From Candidatus Krumholzibacteriota bacterium (GTDB lineage Bacteria; Krumholzibacteriota; Krumholzibacteriia; JAJRXK01), in assembly GCA_963727455.1 (NCBI GenBank), contig CAVSGG010000008.1, positions 96,001 through 160,000 of the forward strand: a stretch of 64,000 bases of DNA, read 5' to 3'. Shown here one piece after another: positions 38,496-49,904 of the stretch (positions are counted from its first letter, which is position 1; the number at the start of each line of letters is the position of its first letter). Below the pieces are notes generated by a model. That model was given only the letters and a program-made list of their open reading frames with translations. It made no database searches and was not told the DNA's origin. Both the position numbers and the translations under genes were made by a program.

Positions 38496-41495
38496 ATGCA
38501 CGACCTTCTCCCCGGCGGCGGCCCGGCCAACATCCGAAACCTCACCGCCGCCTTCGACAGCCTCATGCCTCACCGCGTCCACGACATTCTCGTGGTCGCA
38601 AGCTCCTACGATGCCTTCATCCTGGAAGAGGGCGGACGCCTGACCGAACTCATCCTGAACGAGTACGTCAGTCTGAACCTCACCTACGCGCCGAGCATCA
38701 CCCGCGCTTCTTCCGCGGAGGAGGCGCTCGAGTTTGTCGAGAAAAAACACTTCAACCTCGTCCTCAGCATGTTGTGGTCGGGCTCGGCCGAGGCCTTCGA
38801 CTTCGGGCTGCGCATCAAACAGATCGATCCCCGGGTCCCGGTGATCATGCTCGCCTTCGATGCGCGAGAGGTGCGCCGTCTCCAGTTGGATCAATCGGCT
38901 CAAGGCTACGACGAGATCTTCACCTGGTCCGGTGACACGGGGCTTTTCCTGGCGATCATCAAGCTCTTCGAGGACCGCTGGAACGTCGACCACGACACCT
39001 CTGTCGCGAGCGTGCGTACCATTCTCCTCATCGAAGACTCCATTCGCTTCACTTCGCTCTATCTGCCGCTACTCTATACCGAGCTCATGAAGCAGACCCA
39101 GTCCTTGATGGACGAGGGGATCAATGTGACCCATCGCCTGCTCCGCATGCGTGCGCGCCCGAAGATCCTCTTGGCACGCGACTACGAGGAAGCGACCGGG
39201 CTCTACGAAAAGTACAAACGTTACATGCTGGGAGTGATCAGCGACGTACGCTTTCCCCGCAACGGCAAGGCGGATCCAGAGGCGGGGGTCGATTTCGTGC
39301 GCGCCATCCGCGCCGAAGATCCGACCCTGCCCGTGGTGCTTCAATCCAGCCAGGACAACGGACAGGAGCTGGCGGAGTCGGTCCACGGCCACTTCATCAA
39401 CAAGCGTTCGCAGAGCCTGCTCACCGACCTGCAACAATTCATCGAGAAGAACTTCGGTTTCGGCGATTTCGTGTTCCGGCTTCCCGACGGCAGCGAGGTT
39501 TCCCGCGCCAACGATCTGCGCTCCCTGCAAGAGCAAATTGAGACGATCCCGGACGAATCTTTGGAGTATCACGCACGCCGCAACGATTTCTCGAACTGGC
39601 TGCGAGCGCGCACCGAGTTTGGCCTGGCCTCTCTCATTCGTCCCAGACGCGTGAGTGAGTTCGAGACCATGACAGACTTACGTCGCTATCTGGTCAAGAC
39701 CTTCAACCAGCATCGTCTGGAAACCCAGCGCGGCGTGATCGCCGATTTCTCCCCGCGGCGTTTCGACGAGGACTCGAGCTTCGTGCGGATTGGGCATGGG
39801 TCGCTGGGCGGGAAAGGCCGTGGCCTCGCCTTCGCCAGCCACCTCATTCTGCATCAAGGCATGACGAGGGCCTTCCCCGGCGTCCGCATCGAGGTTCCGC
39901 CCACCGCAGTCATCGGTACGGATATTTTCGACGAGTTCATGTCACAGAACCAGCTCTTCGAGATCGCTTACACCTCGAAGGACGACCGCCGCATCACCAG
40001 GGCCTTCTTGGCAGCGCGTCTGCCCCGCGAGGCCCAGGACGACCTCGCCTCGTTTCTCTCGCAGGTGGACTATCCTTTGGCGGTTCGTTCTTCCAGCCTA
40101 CTCGAGGACTCCCAGTTCCAGCCCTTCGCAGGTATCTACGACACCTACATGGTGCCAAACAACCACACGCATCCCACGGTCAGACTCGCCCAGCTCTGCA
40201 AGGCCATCAAACTGGTCTACGCGTCCACCTTCTCGAGTGCCAGCAAGCGCTACATGGAGAACACGCCCTACCGGGTGGAAGACGAGAAGATGGCGGTGAT
40301 CCTGCAGCGTCTCGTGGGCTACCCGCACGGCGAGCGCTACTACCCGAATTTCTCGGGTGTCGCCCGCTCCCACAATTTCTATCCCATCGCACCGATGCAG
40401 CATGAGGACGGCCTCGCCGTGGTGGCGCTGGGACTCGGCCGTCAGGTGGTGAGTGGTGCGGACGCCCTAAGGTTCTCTCCGGCGTATCCGCGGCACATCC
40501 CCGAGTTCGGAAGTACTCAGGCCACCCTGCGCGCTTCGCAACGCCGATTCTATGCCCTGGATCTGGGGCGCACCCATCTGATGCCGACCATGATGGACGG
40601 CGAAAGCAATCTGCTCTGCCTGGGCCTGAAGGAGGCCGAGCAGGACAACACTCTTTTGCCGGTGTGCTCGAGCTACTCGCTCGAGAATGACGTCATCTAC
40701 GACGGAATGCGTTCCGGCGCCACTCCCGTCATCACCTTCGCGCCCATTCTCAAGGCGGAGACCTTCCCTCTGGCGGCCATCCTGCGCAGCCTCCTCGATC
40801 TCGGCAAGCGCGAGATGGGTTCGCCGATCGAAATGGAATTTGCCGTCGACCTGAACTCCGATCCCGCGTGGTTCGGGTTCCTGCAAATCCGTCGACTGGT
40901 GGTGGGTGGAGAACCCGACGATGTCAGGCTCGATGATGCGACCGTAGAGAAATCAGTGCTGTACTGCGAAAAGGCACTCGGCAACGGGGTGGTCGACGGC
41001 ATCCGCGATATCGTCTATGTCGATCCTACCAAGTTCGACAGCGCCCACACTGCGGAGATCGCCAGAAGCGTCGCCGAGATCAATGATGGTCTACGTCAGA
41101 ATGGTCGCCCCTGCATCCTCATCGGTCCCGGACGCTGGGGATCGGCGGACCCCTGGCTGGGAATCCCGGTGAGCTGGGAGCAGATCTCACAGGCCCGGGT
41201 CATCGTCGAGGCGGGGATCGAGAACTTCCGCGTCACCCCCTCTCAAGGAACCCACTTTTTCCAGAACATCACCTCGCTGAGAATCGGCTACTTCACCGTC
41301 AATCCCTACCTGGGTGACGGGCGGGTGGACTGGGACTGGTTTGCCGCGCAGCCCGCGGTGCGCGATACTGAGCGAGTACGGCACATTCGCACCAAGTCTC
41401 CGGTGCGGGTACGAATCGACGGTCAGAGCGGCCGTGGCGTCATTCTCCCGCCCGGCATCGAACCCTTCGCCCCCGAAGTTGAAGTGGACGCGTGA
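38496..41495 (+). CDS. Receiver-like + PEP/pyruvate-binding (PPDK_N) domain protein
   Basis: Two REC-like regions (VISDVRFP); [18 protein letters not shown]...[13 protein letters not shown]; no phospho-His swivel recognised. Confidence 0.85.
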   Translation: MHDLLPGGGPANIRNLTAAFDSLMPHRVHDILVVASSYDAFILEEGGRLTELILNEYVSLNLTYAPSITRASSAEEALEFVEKKHFNLVLSMLWSGSAEAFDFGLRIKQIDPRVPVIMLAFDAREVRRLQLDQSAQGYDEIFTWSGDTGLFLAIIKLFEDRWNVDHDTSVASVRTILLIEDSIRFTSLYLPLLYTELMKQTQSLMDEGINVTHRLLRMRARPKILLARDYEEATGLYEKYKRYMLGVISDVRFPRNGKADPEAGVDFVRAIRAEDPTLPVVLQSSQDNGQELAESVHGHFINKRSQSLLTDLQQFIEKNFGFGDFVFRLPDGSEVSRANDLRSLQEQIETIPDESLEYHARRNDFSNWLRARTEFGLASLIRPRRVSEFETMTDLRRYLVKTFNQHRLETQRGVIADFSPRRFDEDSSFVRIGHGSLGGKGRGLAFASHLILHQGMTRAFPGVRIEVPPTAVIGTDIFDEFMSQNQLFEIAYTSKDDRRITRAFLAARLPREAQDDLASFLSQVDYPLAVRSSSLLEDSQFQPFAGIYDTYMVPNNHTHPTVRLAQLCKAIKLVYASTFSSASKRYMENTPYRVEDEKMAVILQRLVGYPHGERYYPNFSGVARSHNFYPIAPMQHEDGLAVVALGLGRQVVSGADALRFSPAYPRHIPEFGSTQATLRASQRRFYALDLGRTHLMPTMMDGESNLLCLGLKEAEQDNTLLPVCSSYSLENDVIYDGMRSGATPVITFAPILKAETFPLAAILRSLLDLGKREMGSPIEMEFAVDLNSDPAWFGFLQIRRLVVGGEPDDVRLDDATVEKSVLYCEKALGNGVVDGIRDIVYVDPTKFDSAHTAEIARSVAEINDGLRQNGRPCILIGPGRWGSADPWLGIPVSWEQISQARVIVEAGIENFRVTPSQGTHFFQNITSLRIGYFTVNPYLGDGRVDWDWFAAQPAVRDTERVRHIRTKSPVRVRIDGQSGRGVILPPGIEPFAPEVEVDA

Positions 41496-42715
41496 TGGCG
41501 CAAGCGAGACGAGAGACTCCCACTTGCTGGATCGGCTCCGTGCCGATCGGCTCCTCTCACCCCGTCGTCGTGCAGAGCATGACGAACACTCCGACCGAGG
41601 ACGTCGATCAGACCGGCTCGCAGATCCTTCAGCTAGTGGAGGCGGGAAGCCAAGTGGTCCGGGTGACGGTCAACACCCCGGAAGCAGCCGCGGCGGTTCC
41701 GAAGATCAGACAGCGCCTGGAAGATGGAGGAGTGTCCGTCCCCTTGATCGGCGACTTCCACTACAATGGACACCGCCTTCTCGCGGAGTTCCCTGCCTGC
41801 GCGGAGACCCTCGACAAATACCGGATCAACCCGGGGAACGTGGGAACTTCGCGCACGCACGACCTGAACTTCAAGTCCATGGTTCAGGCCGCAATCACCC
41901 ATGAGAAACCTGTCCGTATCGGCGTGAACTGGGGTTCGCTGGACCAAGCTCTTCTCACCTCGCTCATGGACGAGAACGCGCGCCGAGAGGAGCCCCTGGA
42001 TGCCACCGAAGTCTACCGCGAGGCAATGGTGCGCAGTGCGCTGGACAGCGCAACCGCCGCGGAGTCGATAGGACTCCCCCACGACCGCATCGTCCTGAGC
42101 GTGAAGACCAGCCTGGTGCAGGACCTGGTCGCCGTCTACGAATCCCTGGCCTCTCGCTGCGACTACCCGCTCCATCTCGGCTTGACCGAGGCCGGAATGG
42201 GCATGAAGGGGATGGTGGCCTCCACTGCCGCAATCGCGATTCTCTTGCAGAAGGGAATCGGCGATACCATCCGCGTGAGCCTCACTCCCCTGCCGGGCGG
42301 GGATCGAAGCGAGGAAGTTCTGGTCTGTCAGCAGATTCTCCAGTCGCTGGGCTTGCGCCATTTCACACCGCAGGTAGCAGCGTGTCCCGGTTGCGGAAGA
42401 ACTACATCCACTTTTTTCCAGGAGCTGGCTGCCCGCATCGAAGGGGAGCTCCGAGCGAAAATGACGCGCTGGAGGAAGGAATATCCCGGAGTGGAAACGA
42501 TGAAGGTGGCGGTAATGGGCTGCGTGGTCAACGGTCCGGGGGAGAGCAAGCATGCCGACATCGGGATCTCGCTGCCGGGAACCGGGGAGTCCCCCAAAGC
42601 TCCGGTCTACGTCGACGGAGAACTCAGAACGACTCTCAAGGGCGACCGCATCGCCGAGGAGTTCGCGGAGTTGCTCAACGACTACGTGGAGCGACGCTAC
42701 GGCAGATCGTCGTAG
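41495..42715 (+). CDS. ispG: HMBPP synthase IspG
   Basis: [39 protein letters not shown]. Confidence 0.96.
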   Translation: MAQARRETPTCWIGSVPIGSSHPVVVQSMTNTPTEDVDQTGSQILQLVEAGSQVVRVTVNTPEAAAAVPKIRQRLEDGGVSVPLIGDFHYNGHRLLAEFPACAETLDKYRINPGNVGTSRTHDLNFKSMVQAAITHEKPVRIGVNWGSLDQALLTSLMDENARREEPLDATEVYREAMVRSALDSATAAESIGLPHDRIVLSVKTSLVQDLVAVYESLASRCDYPLHLGLTEAGMGMKGMVASTAAIAILLQKGIGDTIRVSLTPLPGGDRSEEVLVCQQILQSLGLRHFTPQVAACPGCGRTTSTFFQELAARIEGELRAKMTRWRKEYPGVETMKVAVMGCVVNGPGESKHADIGISLPGTGESPKAPVYVDGELRTTLKGDRIAEEFAELLNDYVERRYGRSS

Positions 42716-44295
42716 ACGATTTCCCCGTCGACCATTGTCATGCGAATTCTCGCGCTCTTCCATCCGTAGGGATCATCCGCGCTGGGCGCTTCCAACGCGA
42801 CGAGGTCCGCGAGCTTCCCCGGGAGTAGACTTCCCATTTCTGCGTCCCAGGCTGCCGCCTGCGCCGCCCACTTGGTATACCCCAGCAGTGCCTCTTCTTC
42901 GCTCAGGCACTCCGCCTTAAAAAAGGCCCCCCGCGAACGGTTCTCCTCTTTCTGACGCGTGATGGCGGCAGAAATCCCTTGTCGGGGATCGATGCTCGCC
43001 ACCGGAGCATCGCTTCCCAAGACGACTCGCATGCCGTGCGAGATGAGAGAGCGCGCGCAGTAGACGTAACTTCCTTGGGTGGGCCACAACTCGTCGAGCA
43101 GAGGCAGATCATCCATGAGATGTATCAATTGCATCGCGCAGCTCAAGCTCAACGAACTCATGCGCTGAAGTTCCTCTGGACGCACACACTGCGCGTGCTC
43201 GATACGAGCGAGTGGATGCAGGTCCTTCCCCTCGCCTCGTAAGCTGGCACGCGCATCGAGCAGCGCATTCACTACGACCCTCATTGCCCCGTCTCCGATT
43301 GCGTGAATGGAGGGAGCAATCCCGCTGCGGCCAGCCCGGACGATGGTTTCGCTCAGGGCGTGTTCCTCCACGAGCAATCGTCCGTGTCCCCCATCGGGAT
43401 AGGGTTCGAGCATGTAGGCCGAGGCGGAGCCGAGAGAGCCATCGGCGAAGATCTTGACCCCTCCCCACCTCAGCCAGGGATCTGCGTCGAGGTAACTGGG
43501 CTGCCGTTCGGCGATGCGCTGCTCCAGCTCCTTCACCGGCGAATGGTAGACCACTCGCATTCCTAGTTTACCCGCGCGGGCTAGCTCGCGGTAGCTGTGA
43601 TAAGCCTGCAGGGGCTCCATGCTGTGGAAGGAACTCAGTCCGAAGGAATGCGCTTCGGCGATGGCCTTCTTGAGCCATCTTTGGCGCAGCGGTTCGGGTT
43701 CCGGCGGACGCGCTTTGAGGATGAGCTCCCACGCGGTCTCGTAGAGCAGTCCATCGGGACTGTCGTCTGGCCCGCGCCCGATCTCACCGCCCTTTGGCGG
43801 CGTGCGTCCATCCAGGATCCCCGCCAGCTTCAATGCCGCGGAATTGCACCAGAGGGTGTGAAAATCGCGCGATTCCAGGGCCACGGGCTGTTCAGGAAAG
43901 ATCTCATCCAGAAGCCATCGATCCGGTCTCTCTTCGTCCCGCAGGAGCCGTGGGTCCCAACCACTTCCCCCCAGCCAAGCGCCGGAGGGTGCCTCGTGCT
44001 CGCGGTACGCGCGCAGTTTCATTCTCACTTCATCGAGAGTCTTCGCTTCGGTCAAGTCGACACCCGAAAGTTTGCGGGCCCACTCGAAGAAATGGGTGTG
44101 GGTATCGATGAATGCGGGGAGTAGCGTGCTACCGCGCAGATCGACGAGTTCGGCCTTGGGCGCCTGGCTGCGCAAATCTGGCGCGGCGCCGATGGCCTCG
44201 ATACGATTACCGCGCACCAGAAGCGCCTCTTCGCTTCCACCGCCTTCCATGCTGCGTAGGTGGCCGCCGTGAAAGAGGATCCCGTTGCGCTTCAT
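42697..44295 (-). CDS. YtcJ-like amidohydrolase
   Basis: [42 protein letters not shown]. Confidence 0.9.
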   Translation of the reverse strand: MKRNGILFHGGHLRSMEGGGSEEALLVRGNRIEAIGAAPDLRSQAPKAELVDLRGSTLLPAFIDTHTHFFEWARKLSGVDLTEAKTLDEVRMKLRAYREHEAPSGAWLGGSGWDPRLLRDEERPDRWLLDEIFPEQPVALESRDFHTLWCNSAALKLAGILDGRTPPKGGEIGRGPDDSPDGLLYETAWELILKARPPEPEPLRQRWLKKAIAEAHSFGLSSFHSMEPLQAYHSYRELARAGKLGMRVVYHSPVKELEQRIAERQPSYLDADPWLRWGGVKIFADGSLGSASAYMLEPYPDGGHGRLLVEEHALSETIVRAGRSGIAPSIHAIGDGAMRVVVNALLDARASLRGEGKDLHPLARIEHAQCVRPEELQRMSSLSLSCAMQLIHLMDDLPLLDELWPTQGSYVYCARSLISHGMRVVLGSDAPVASIDPRQGISAAITRQKEENRSRGAFFKAECLSEEEALLGYTKWAAQAAAWDAEMGSLLPGKLADLVALEAPSADDPYGWKSARIRMTMVDGEIVYDDLP

Positions 44296-44828
44296 ACTCG
44301 ACCGCGGCCCGTTCTCACGCTCTGCAGCAAATCGTGGACCTCCTTGCGGTCGGCGAAGTGTGGATCGAAGTACGCGCGAACTTCATCACGTAGAAGCAGA
44401 AACAAAAAGAGGGTGCTCCAGAGGATCGAGATGCCGGGTTGTTCCCAGTATGCCGAGTCGATCAGGTGTACCGTTCCCAGAAGAACGCCCAGAACTTCCA
44501 AGGAGAGAAAGGAAACACCGAGCAGAATGCCCAGTCTCTTGCGAAACAAGAGCCCCAATCCCGCCGACACCGCCAGCAGGAGGCGCAGGGTCACCAAAAG
44601 CAGTACTACCTTGGTCTGAGGGTGCGGGAGCGCCCTCACCAGCCCGATGCCCGCCACGATGGTGGTGGCGACGATGTCCACACCGTAAAGCACGAGCAGG
44701 AGCTTCATCGTCAACGGCAGGTACGCGCGCTCGACTTCCGGCTCCCGCTCGCTCTCGCAGTAGGCACAAGCTTCGCCATTGGCCGGGATGGTGCGTCCGC
44801 ATACCGCGCAACGAGTGATGTTTACCAT
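44292..44828 (-). CDS. Hypothetical membrane protein with N-terminal Zn-ribbon
   Basis: CAVC...CAYC then four TM helices; GGAGAG RBS. Confidence 0.7.
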   Translation of the reverse strand: MVNITRCAVCGRTIPANGEACAYCESEREPEVERAYLPLTMKLLLVLYGVDIVATTIVAGIGLVRALPHPQTKVVLLLVTLRLLLAVSAGLGLLFRKRLGILLGVSFLSLEVLGVLLGTVHLIDSAYWEQPGISILWSTLFLFLLLRDEVRAYFDPHFADRKEVHDLLQSVRTGRGRV

Positions 44829-44961
44829 GACGAACTCTCCGGGGGGGAAGTACTACCCAACTAAACTACACTCTTCTGCGAGGAATCGGCAATCGCCTAG
44901 AGCTTGCTCGCAGCGGGCCGGCGCTCTAGGCTGAGTGTTCACTTTAACTTCGGAAGTCAAA

Positions 44962-46761
44962 ATGCCCTCTCATTTGGATCTCAGGTCCTTTCTCCGCTCG
45001 CTTGAAAGAGACGACCAGCTCGTGGCGATCGATGCGCCGGTGGATCCCTACCTGGAAATGGCCGAAATTCACCGCCGGGTCATCGCGGCCAACGGTCCGG
45101 CGCTGCTCTTTCGCAATCCCAGCCGGGGAAAGCTGCCCGTGGCCACCAACCTCTTCGGCACGGCCGAGAGGGTAGAACGAGCTTTCGGCCCCAAACCCCT
45201 GGAGCTGGTAAAGAGGCTCGCGAAGCTCCCCGAGGAGTTATTGCCGCTGAGCGTGCGAAAGCTCTGGACGCAACGCGCCCTCTTTGGCGAACTGCGAAAG
45301 TTGGGTCTGCGCCGCAGGAGCGGCCCCATCTTGTCCGTGCGGCAGACTACCTCCGACCTGAACGAATTGCCCTTGCTCACCACCTGGCGGGATGACGGCG
45401 GTCCTTTCATCACCCTCCCTCTCGTCTACACCGAACACCCTGAGCTTGGAACGCACAATCTGGGCATGTACCGCATGCAGCGCTTCGACGCCGAGAGCTG
45501 CGGGATCCACTGGCAGATCGGCAAGGGAGGTGGCTTTCATCACCACCTGGCGGAATCGCGCGGCGAGTCGCTTCCCGTGAACGTGTTTCTCGGCGGCCCC
45601 CCGGCCGCCATACTGGCCGCGATCGCTCCCCTTCCGGAGAATCTGCCCGAGCTGATCCTTGCCTCTCTGCTCGCCGGCGAGAGACTGCCCATGGCCAAGA
45701 ATCCTCGCGGTCCCCTGCCGGTCCTGTCCACGGCCGAGCTAGCCTTGGTCGGAGAAGTGCGCCCCCATGAGCGCCGCCCTGAAGGTCCGTTCGGCGACCA
45801 CTACGGCTACTACTCCCTCGCGCACCCCTTCCCCGTATTTCATTGCTCTGCAATTTTGCGCCGCAAGGACGCGATCTATCCGGCAACGGTGGTGGGCAAA
45901 CCGCGACAGGAGGACTTCTACATCGGCGATTACTTGCAAAATCTGCTCTCGCCCGTGTTTCCATTGGTCATGCCCGCGGTGCAGGATCTATGGAGTTACG
46001 GGGAGACCGGCTTTCACAGCCTCGCGGCCGCAGTAGTGAAAGAACGCTACAAGCGAGAGGCGATGATGAGCGCATTCCGCATTCTCGGCGAAGGACAACT
46101 CTCGTTGACCAAGTTCCTCCTGGTCCTGGACCAGAGACGCGACCTACGGAACTTTCGCGAGACTCTCACGCACGTGCTCGAGCGTTTCGACCCCGCGACC
46201 GATCTCTACGTCTTGGGTAATCTGTCGATGGATACGCTCGACTACAACGGTCCGCGCTTGAATGAAGGATCGAAGGGAGTCCTCTTGGGGATGGGCGAGC
46301 CCATCCGGGATCTTCCCCGAAGTTTTCAGGGTGAGTTGCCCAGGGGATTCTCGCAGGCGCGCGTGTTTTGCCCCGGCTGCCTGGTGTTGAGCGGACCGAG
46401 CTATCAAGAAGAGCCCGAAGCCGCGCTCAGGGCGGCTCGATACGAAGCGTTCTCGGCTTGGCCTCTACTGGTATTGGCGGACGATGCCGCCAGGGCGAAT
46501 GCGAGCGAAGCGAACTTTCTGTGGACGACCTTCACTCGCTTCGAACCGGCCGCCGATCTGCACGCGCGCAGTGTCGAACTGAAACGGCTGCACCCTTCTT
46601 TTGGGACACCAGTGGTGATCGATTCCCGTTTGAAGCCAGGCTTCCCCGATGAGCTTTACTGCGATGAGGAGACGGCCCGGTTGGTCGACAAGCGATGGAA
46701 GGAGTACTTCCCCTCGCGCGAGGTGCCCATGGGGGATAGCGATCGGGCCCATTTGGATTGA
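44962..46761 (+). CDS. UbiD family (de)carboxylase, MqnL-like
   Basis: GPALLF, DGGPFITLP, NLGMYR, EGPFGDHYGYY, VVGKPRQED. Confidence 0.9.
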   Translation: MPSHLDLRSFLRSLERDDQLVAIDAPVDPYLEMAEIHRRVIAANGPALLFRNPSRGKLPVATNLFGTAERVERAFGPKPLELVKRLAKLPEELLPLSVRKLWTQRALFGELRKLGLRRRSGPILSVRQTTSDLNELPLLTTWRDDGGPFITLPLVYTEHPELGTHNLGMYRMQRFDAESCGIHWQIGKGGGFHHHLAESRGESLPVNVFLGGPPAAILAAIAPLPENLPELILASLLAGERLPMAKNPRGPLPVLSTAELALVGEVRPHERRPEGPFGDHYGYYSLAHPFPVFHCSAILRRKDAIYPATVVGKPRQEDFYIGDYLQNLLSPVFPLVMPAVQDLWSYGETGFHSLAAAVVKERYKREAMMSAFRILGEGQLSLTKFLLVLDQRRDLRNFRETLTHVLERFDPATDLYVLGNLSMDTLDYNGPRLNEGSKGVLLGMGEPIRDLPRSFQGELPRGFSQARVFCPGCLVLSGPSYQEEPEAALRAARYEAFSAWPLLVLADDAARANASEANFLWTTFTRFEPAADLHARSVELKRLHPSFGTPVVIDSRLKPGFPDELYCDEETARLVDKRWKEYFPSREVPMGDSDRAHLD

Positions 46762-46771
46762 CGGACCCTGC

Positions 46772-47413
46772 TCAGCCGCGGGCCTTCCCCATCTCGAACT
46801 GGGCTTTCTTGGGTGCTCCCGCCGGGGCGAGTTGAACTTTCACCGGATTGATTACAGCCGCCGTATCCGCGTAGGCAAAGGCCCTCAAGTCCTTGATCCC
46901 CTTGCATGCGAGATAGCCGGGGGAGGGGGGATGGAAGCTGCCGTTCGCGACCGGCGCCAAGCCCAGCACAAGATCGTGGCCCGCATCCGGAGCGATCGTC
47001 ACGGTGTAGGTGGCCAGAACGATCTGTTGCTCCTGTTTGCATTCCTTGCCCAGGCCTACCCGCCACCCGTCGACTTTGCTCCCCATGTTGAGTCCGTCGG
47101 CCTCGCGCTTGAGCACCATGATGCCCTTGCCGAGCACGACCTGAGCCTCCCAGGCCTTGATGCCACCCGCGCTCCCCTCGGCCACCACGGAGAACTGCGC
47201 CTGCTCGCCCGGCTGGAGCGCAATGCTCCTGGAATGAGAAAAAAGGTCGAAGTAGATCGCCAGTCTGGCCGGTTCATCACTCGCGGACTGTTCGGGCTCC
47301 GACACGAGTTCGCTGGAGGAGCTGTCGTTCTCGGCCACAGGCTGAACATCTTGCGCGCGCGCAGTGGAAGCGATGATGAGAAGGAGAAGGGAAAACAGCA
47401 CTTTGCTTCGCAT
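46772..47413 (-). CDS. Secreted hypothetical protein (cohesin-like beta sandwich)
   Basis: Signal peptide ARA|Q; beta-rich GGIKAWEAQV...VLATYTV. Confidence 0.6.
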   Translation of the reverse strand: MRSKVLFSLLLLIIASTARAQDVQPVAENDSSSSELVSEPEQSASDEPARLAIYFDLFSHSRSIALQPGEQAQFSVVAEGSAGGIKAWEAQVVLGKGIMVLKREADGLNMGSKVDGWRVGLGKECKQEQQIVLATYTVTIAPDAGHDLVLGLAPVANGSFHPPSPGYLACKGIKDLRAFAYADTAAVINPVKVQLAPAGAPKKAQFEMGKARG

Positions 47414-47499
47414 GCCGACTCCGTCGCTTCGGGAGAGGGTTGGGGCCCAGACTGGCTGCATTAATGATAGAGCGCTTCGCCTCGCGCTTCCAGCGTGAA

Positions 47500-48261
47500 T
47501 CAAACCTTCGTTTCGTCGGGATCTTCCTGCGCGGCTTCCAGGAAGTCGCTTTCCTCCATTCTCACCACCACGACGGATACATTGTCCTGTCCCCCGAAGT
47601 CGTTTGCCAGCTGGATCATCTCGTTCACGAGCCGGTCGGGCCGTTCACCGGATGAGATCGCGTCGAGAATTTGTTCGTGGCGCACCATGTCACTGAGCCC
47701 GTCGCTGCACAACAAGAAGGTATCCTCTGGCTCCAAATCGTAGTCGAAGAGATCGACTTCCGTTCCCATCGCACCGCCAACACAGCGGGTGAGAATGTTG
47801 CGCATGGGATGATCGTCGGCCTCTTGCATGGTCAATTCTCCGCGATCCACCATCTCCTGGACCAGACGGTGATCGTTGGTGATCTGACGACCGACTCCGT
47901 TGTGATAGAGATAGGCGCGCGAGTCTCCCACTTGCGCCAAGGCCATGGTCCCGCGCAGGATGGACGCAGCGATGCAGGTCGTCCCCATACGGTAGAGAGC
48001 GGGAGTACGCTCTCCGAGCTGGTTGATCTTCTGATTCACGTCGTGGATCGCGGCGCGCAGCTCTTCGGAGGAAAGTCCGTACTCGCTGGAGAGGGCAGCA
48101 CGGGCAAGTTCTCCAGTAAGCATCTGCGATGCGACCTTTCCTCCCTTACTGCCACCTACCCCATCCGCCACTGCGAAGAGTCCGTGCTGCGGCAATAAGA
48201 GAATGCTGTCCTCGTTGACCTTGCGAACTTGCCCGATATCCGTGGCACCAGCACAAATCAT
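47500..48261 (-). CDS. PP2C-type Ser/Thr protein phosphatase
   Basis: RKVNED, VADGVGG, MGTT, VGDSRAY, LCSDGL, GGQDNVS. Confidence 0.93.
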   Translation of the reverse strand: MICAGATDIGQVRKVNEDSILLLPQHGLFAVADGVGGSKGGKVASQMLTGELARAALSSEYGLSSEELRAAIHDVNQKINQLGERTPALYRMGTTCIAASILRGTMALAQVGDSRAYLYHNGVGRQITNDHRLVQEMVDRGELTMQEADDHPMRNILTRCVGGAMGTEVDLFDYDLEPEDTFLLCSDGLSDMVRHEQILDAISSGERPDRLVNEMIQLANDFGGQDNVSVVVVRMEESDFLEAAQEDPDETKV

Positions 48262-48542
48262 GAATTCAACTTCCCTGGGGAACTTTTTCTTCTGGTTCGG
48301 GAACGGCGCCCACTCGCCCCTGAGATCTCCTTCTGCCCGAACAAATCTCCTTGGAGGTCCGCGCAGTATACAGCTCGATGCAGTCCATTGACATCCTCGA
48401 GTCGGCATTCCACCGTCCAGCCGCGCCGCTGCATCTCCTTGACGGTCTGCAGGTAGTCCGCGCCGACCTTGCGCAGCATCCAGCGCGCGTCTCGCGGCTT
48501 TTCCTTCAGGTAACGATACAGCCGCTCCAGTTCCATCTCCAT
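48258..48542 (-). CDS. Small hypothetical protein
   Basis: GAGGA RBS, ATGA coupling to PP2C; contains QGDLF and a basic tail. Confidence 0.65.
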   Translation of the reverse strand: MEMELERLYRYLKEKPRDARWMLRKVGADYLQTVKEMQRRGWTVECRLEDVNGLHRAVYCADLQGDLFGQKEISGASGRRSRTRRKSSPGKLNS

Positions 48543-48597
48543 TCCTCGTCCCTCCAGCGAAATTGAGTCTCCGCGACCCCCATTGGTATCATACTCG

Positions 48598-49248
48598 TCA
48601 TTCTCCGGCCAGATCCGCCTCGATCCTCTCCCCCATCGCCTTCATCGCCGCATCGAAATAGCTGTGGTCGCCCGGCAGGACCAAAAGCTCCACTGGCCAC
48701 TTCGCTTTGCGTAAGAACTCCTCGTCCGCCCGCAGCGCGGGGAGATGCACCGTTCGATCCGACTCGCCCCAGAGAATGGTCACGGGAAACGGCGCCTGGC
48801 TTGTCAAGCGGGGCCTGAAATCAGGCGGACAATCGCCCGCCAAAAGGAAGAGTCGACGGGGCCGAAGCTCGGGGAGGCACGCGACGCGATAGGCGGTCGA
48901 CGCGCCCTGAGAGAATCCAAAGAGATAGAGAGGAAGCTCGCCGTAGGAGGATTTCAATCGCGAGAGCAGCTCGCGCGCGTAACTCGAGATCTGTTCGGCC
49001 TGGCGCTCGCGGCGGAAGCGTGTCATCCATGAGGCGACCACCTTCCCCTTGCGGTTGTAGAAGTGGTGTTGGCCCATCGGACCCACCAGGAGCGCGCGAT
49101 CTACTTCCGCCTTGCGCAATCCTTCCAAACAGTGCGCGGGGCGTTCTCCGTATCCGTGAAAACCCATGATGAGGCATCGAGCTTCATCCGGCGCATCCAC
49201 CAGAGTGAAGGCCGCAGTCGTGAGGGGGAATTCCAGCCAATGCACCAT
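48598..49248 (-). CDS. Alpha/beta hydrolase (phospholipase/carboxylesterase)
   Basis: GFHGYG, GFSQG nucleophile, GESD, GDH. Confidence 0.88.
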   Translation of the reverse strand: MVHWLEFPLTTAAFTLVDAPDEARCLIMGFHGYGERPAHCLEGLRKAEVDRALLVGPMGQHHFYNRKGKVVASWMTRFRRERQAEQISSYARELLSRLKSSYGELPLYLFGFSQGASTAYRVACLPELRPRRLFLLAGDCPPDFRPRLTSQAPFPVTILWGESDRTVHLPALRADEEFLRKAKWPVELLVLPGDHSYFDAAMKAMGERIEADLAGE

Positions 49249-49262
49249 GGAGACATCGCGCG

Positions 49263-49826
49263 CTAGGATTCGGGCGCGAAGAGGTCGATCTGTGGGGGCT
49301 CGGTCGGCAAGCCCAGGGTCTTTAGGGCGAAATTGATCCAGCCCGGTCGATCCTCAAAATCCAGTCGATAGGAGCTGGCGCCGAAGGCATCCACGAGTTC
49401 GTCGATCAACTCGTCGATCTCACTCTGAAAGGTGGCCGAGAGGGCTCTGGTTCCGTCGAAGCTGGGCGGCTGCAGGATGGGTACTTTGAAAAGCGCGTCG
49501 TAGGTGCCGACCCAAGTCTCGACCAGGGGATCATACTCCAAGCGGCGTCCCAGGCGATGCACCAGGTAAGCGTAGTTGTCCAGGACGGAGCGATCACAGA
49601 CCACGGTGTCGAAGAGATTGCCGGCACTGATTTCCTGCGCAATTTGGGTGTGGAGAATCCAGGCCTGCGCCTCCAGAGTGGTCTCCTGATTGATGGGAAG
49701 CGGGCAGTGGCGCGCGACTTCGCGGACGATATCCACGTTGAGATCGAGCCTCTTCAGCCGGGCGGCCAGGTCGAAACAGAGGGTTGTCTTGCCCACTCCG
49801 TGAGTGCCGATGAACGCGATCTTCAT
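49263..49826 (-). CDS. AAA_28 (NadR/Ttd14-like) P-loop kinase
   Basis: IAFIGTHGVGKTT, EVAR, CDRSVLD..AY, DGTR. Confidence 0.8.
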   Translation of the reverse strand: MKIAFIGTHGVGKTTLCFDLAARLKRLDLNVDIVREVARHCPLPINQETTLEAQAWILHTQIAQEISAGNLFDTVVCDRSVLDNYAYLVHRLGRRLEYDPLVETWVGTYDALFKVPILQPPSFDGTRALSATFQSEIDELIDELVDAFGASSYRLDFEDRPGWINFALKTLGLPTEPPQIDLFAPES

Positions 49827-49904
49827 GAGCCGCACGATACCACATGAACTGGGCGGAACAAGACGGTACTTGTGAGCCTGCGAAAATCGACTAATCTGGC
49901 GCCC

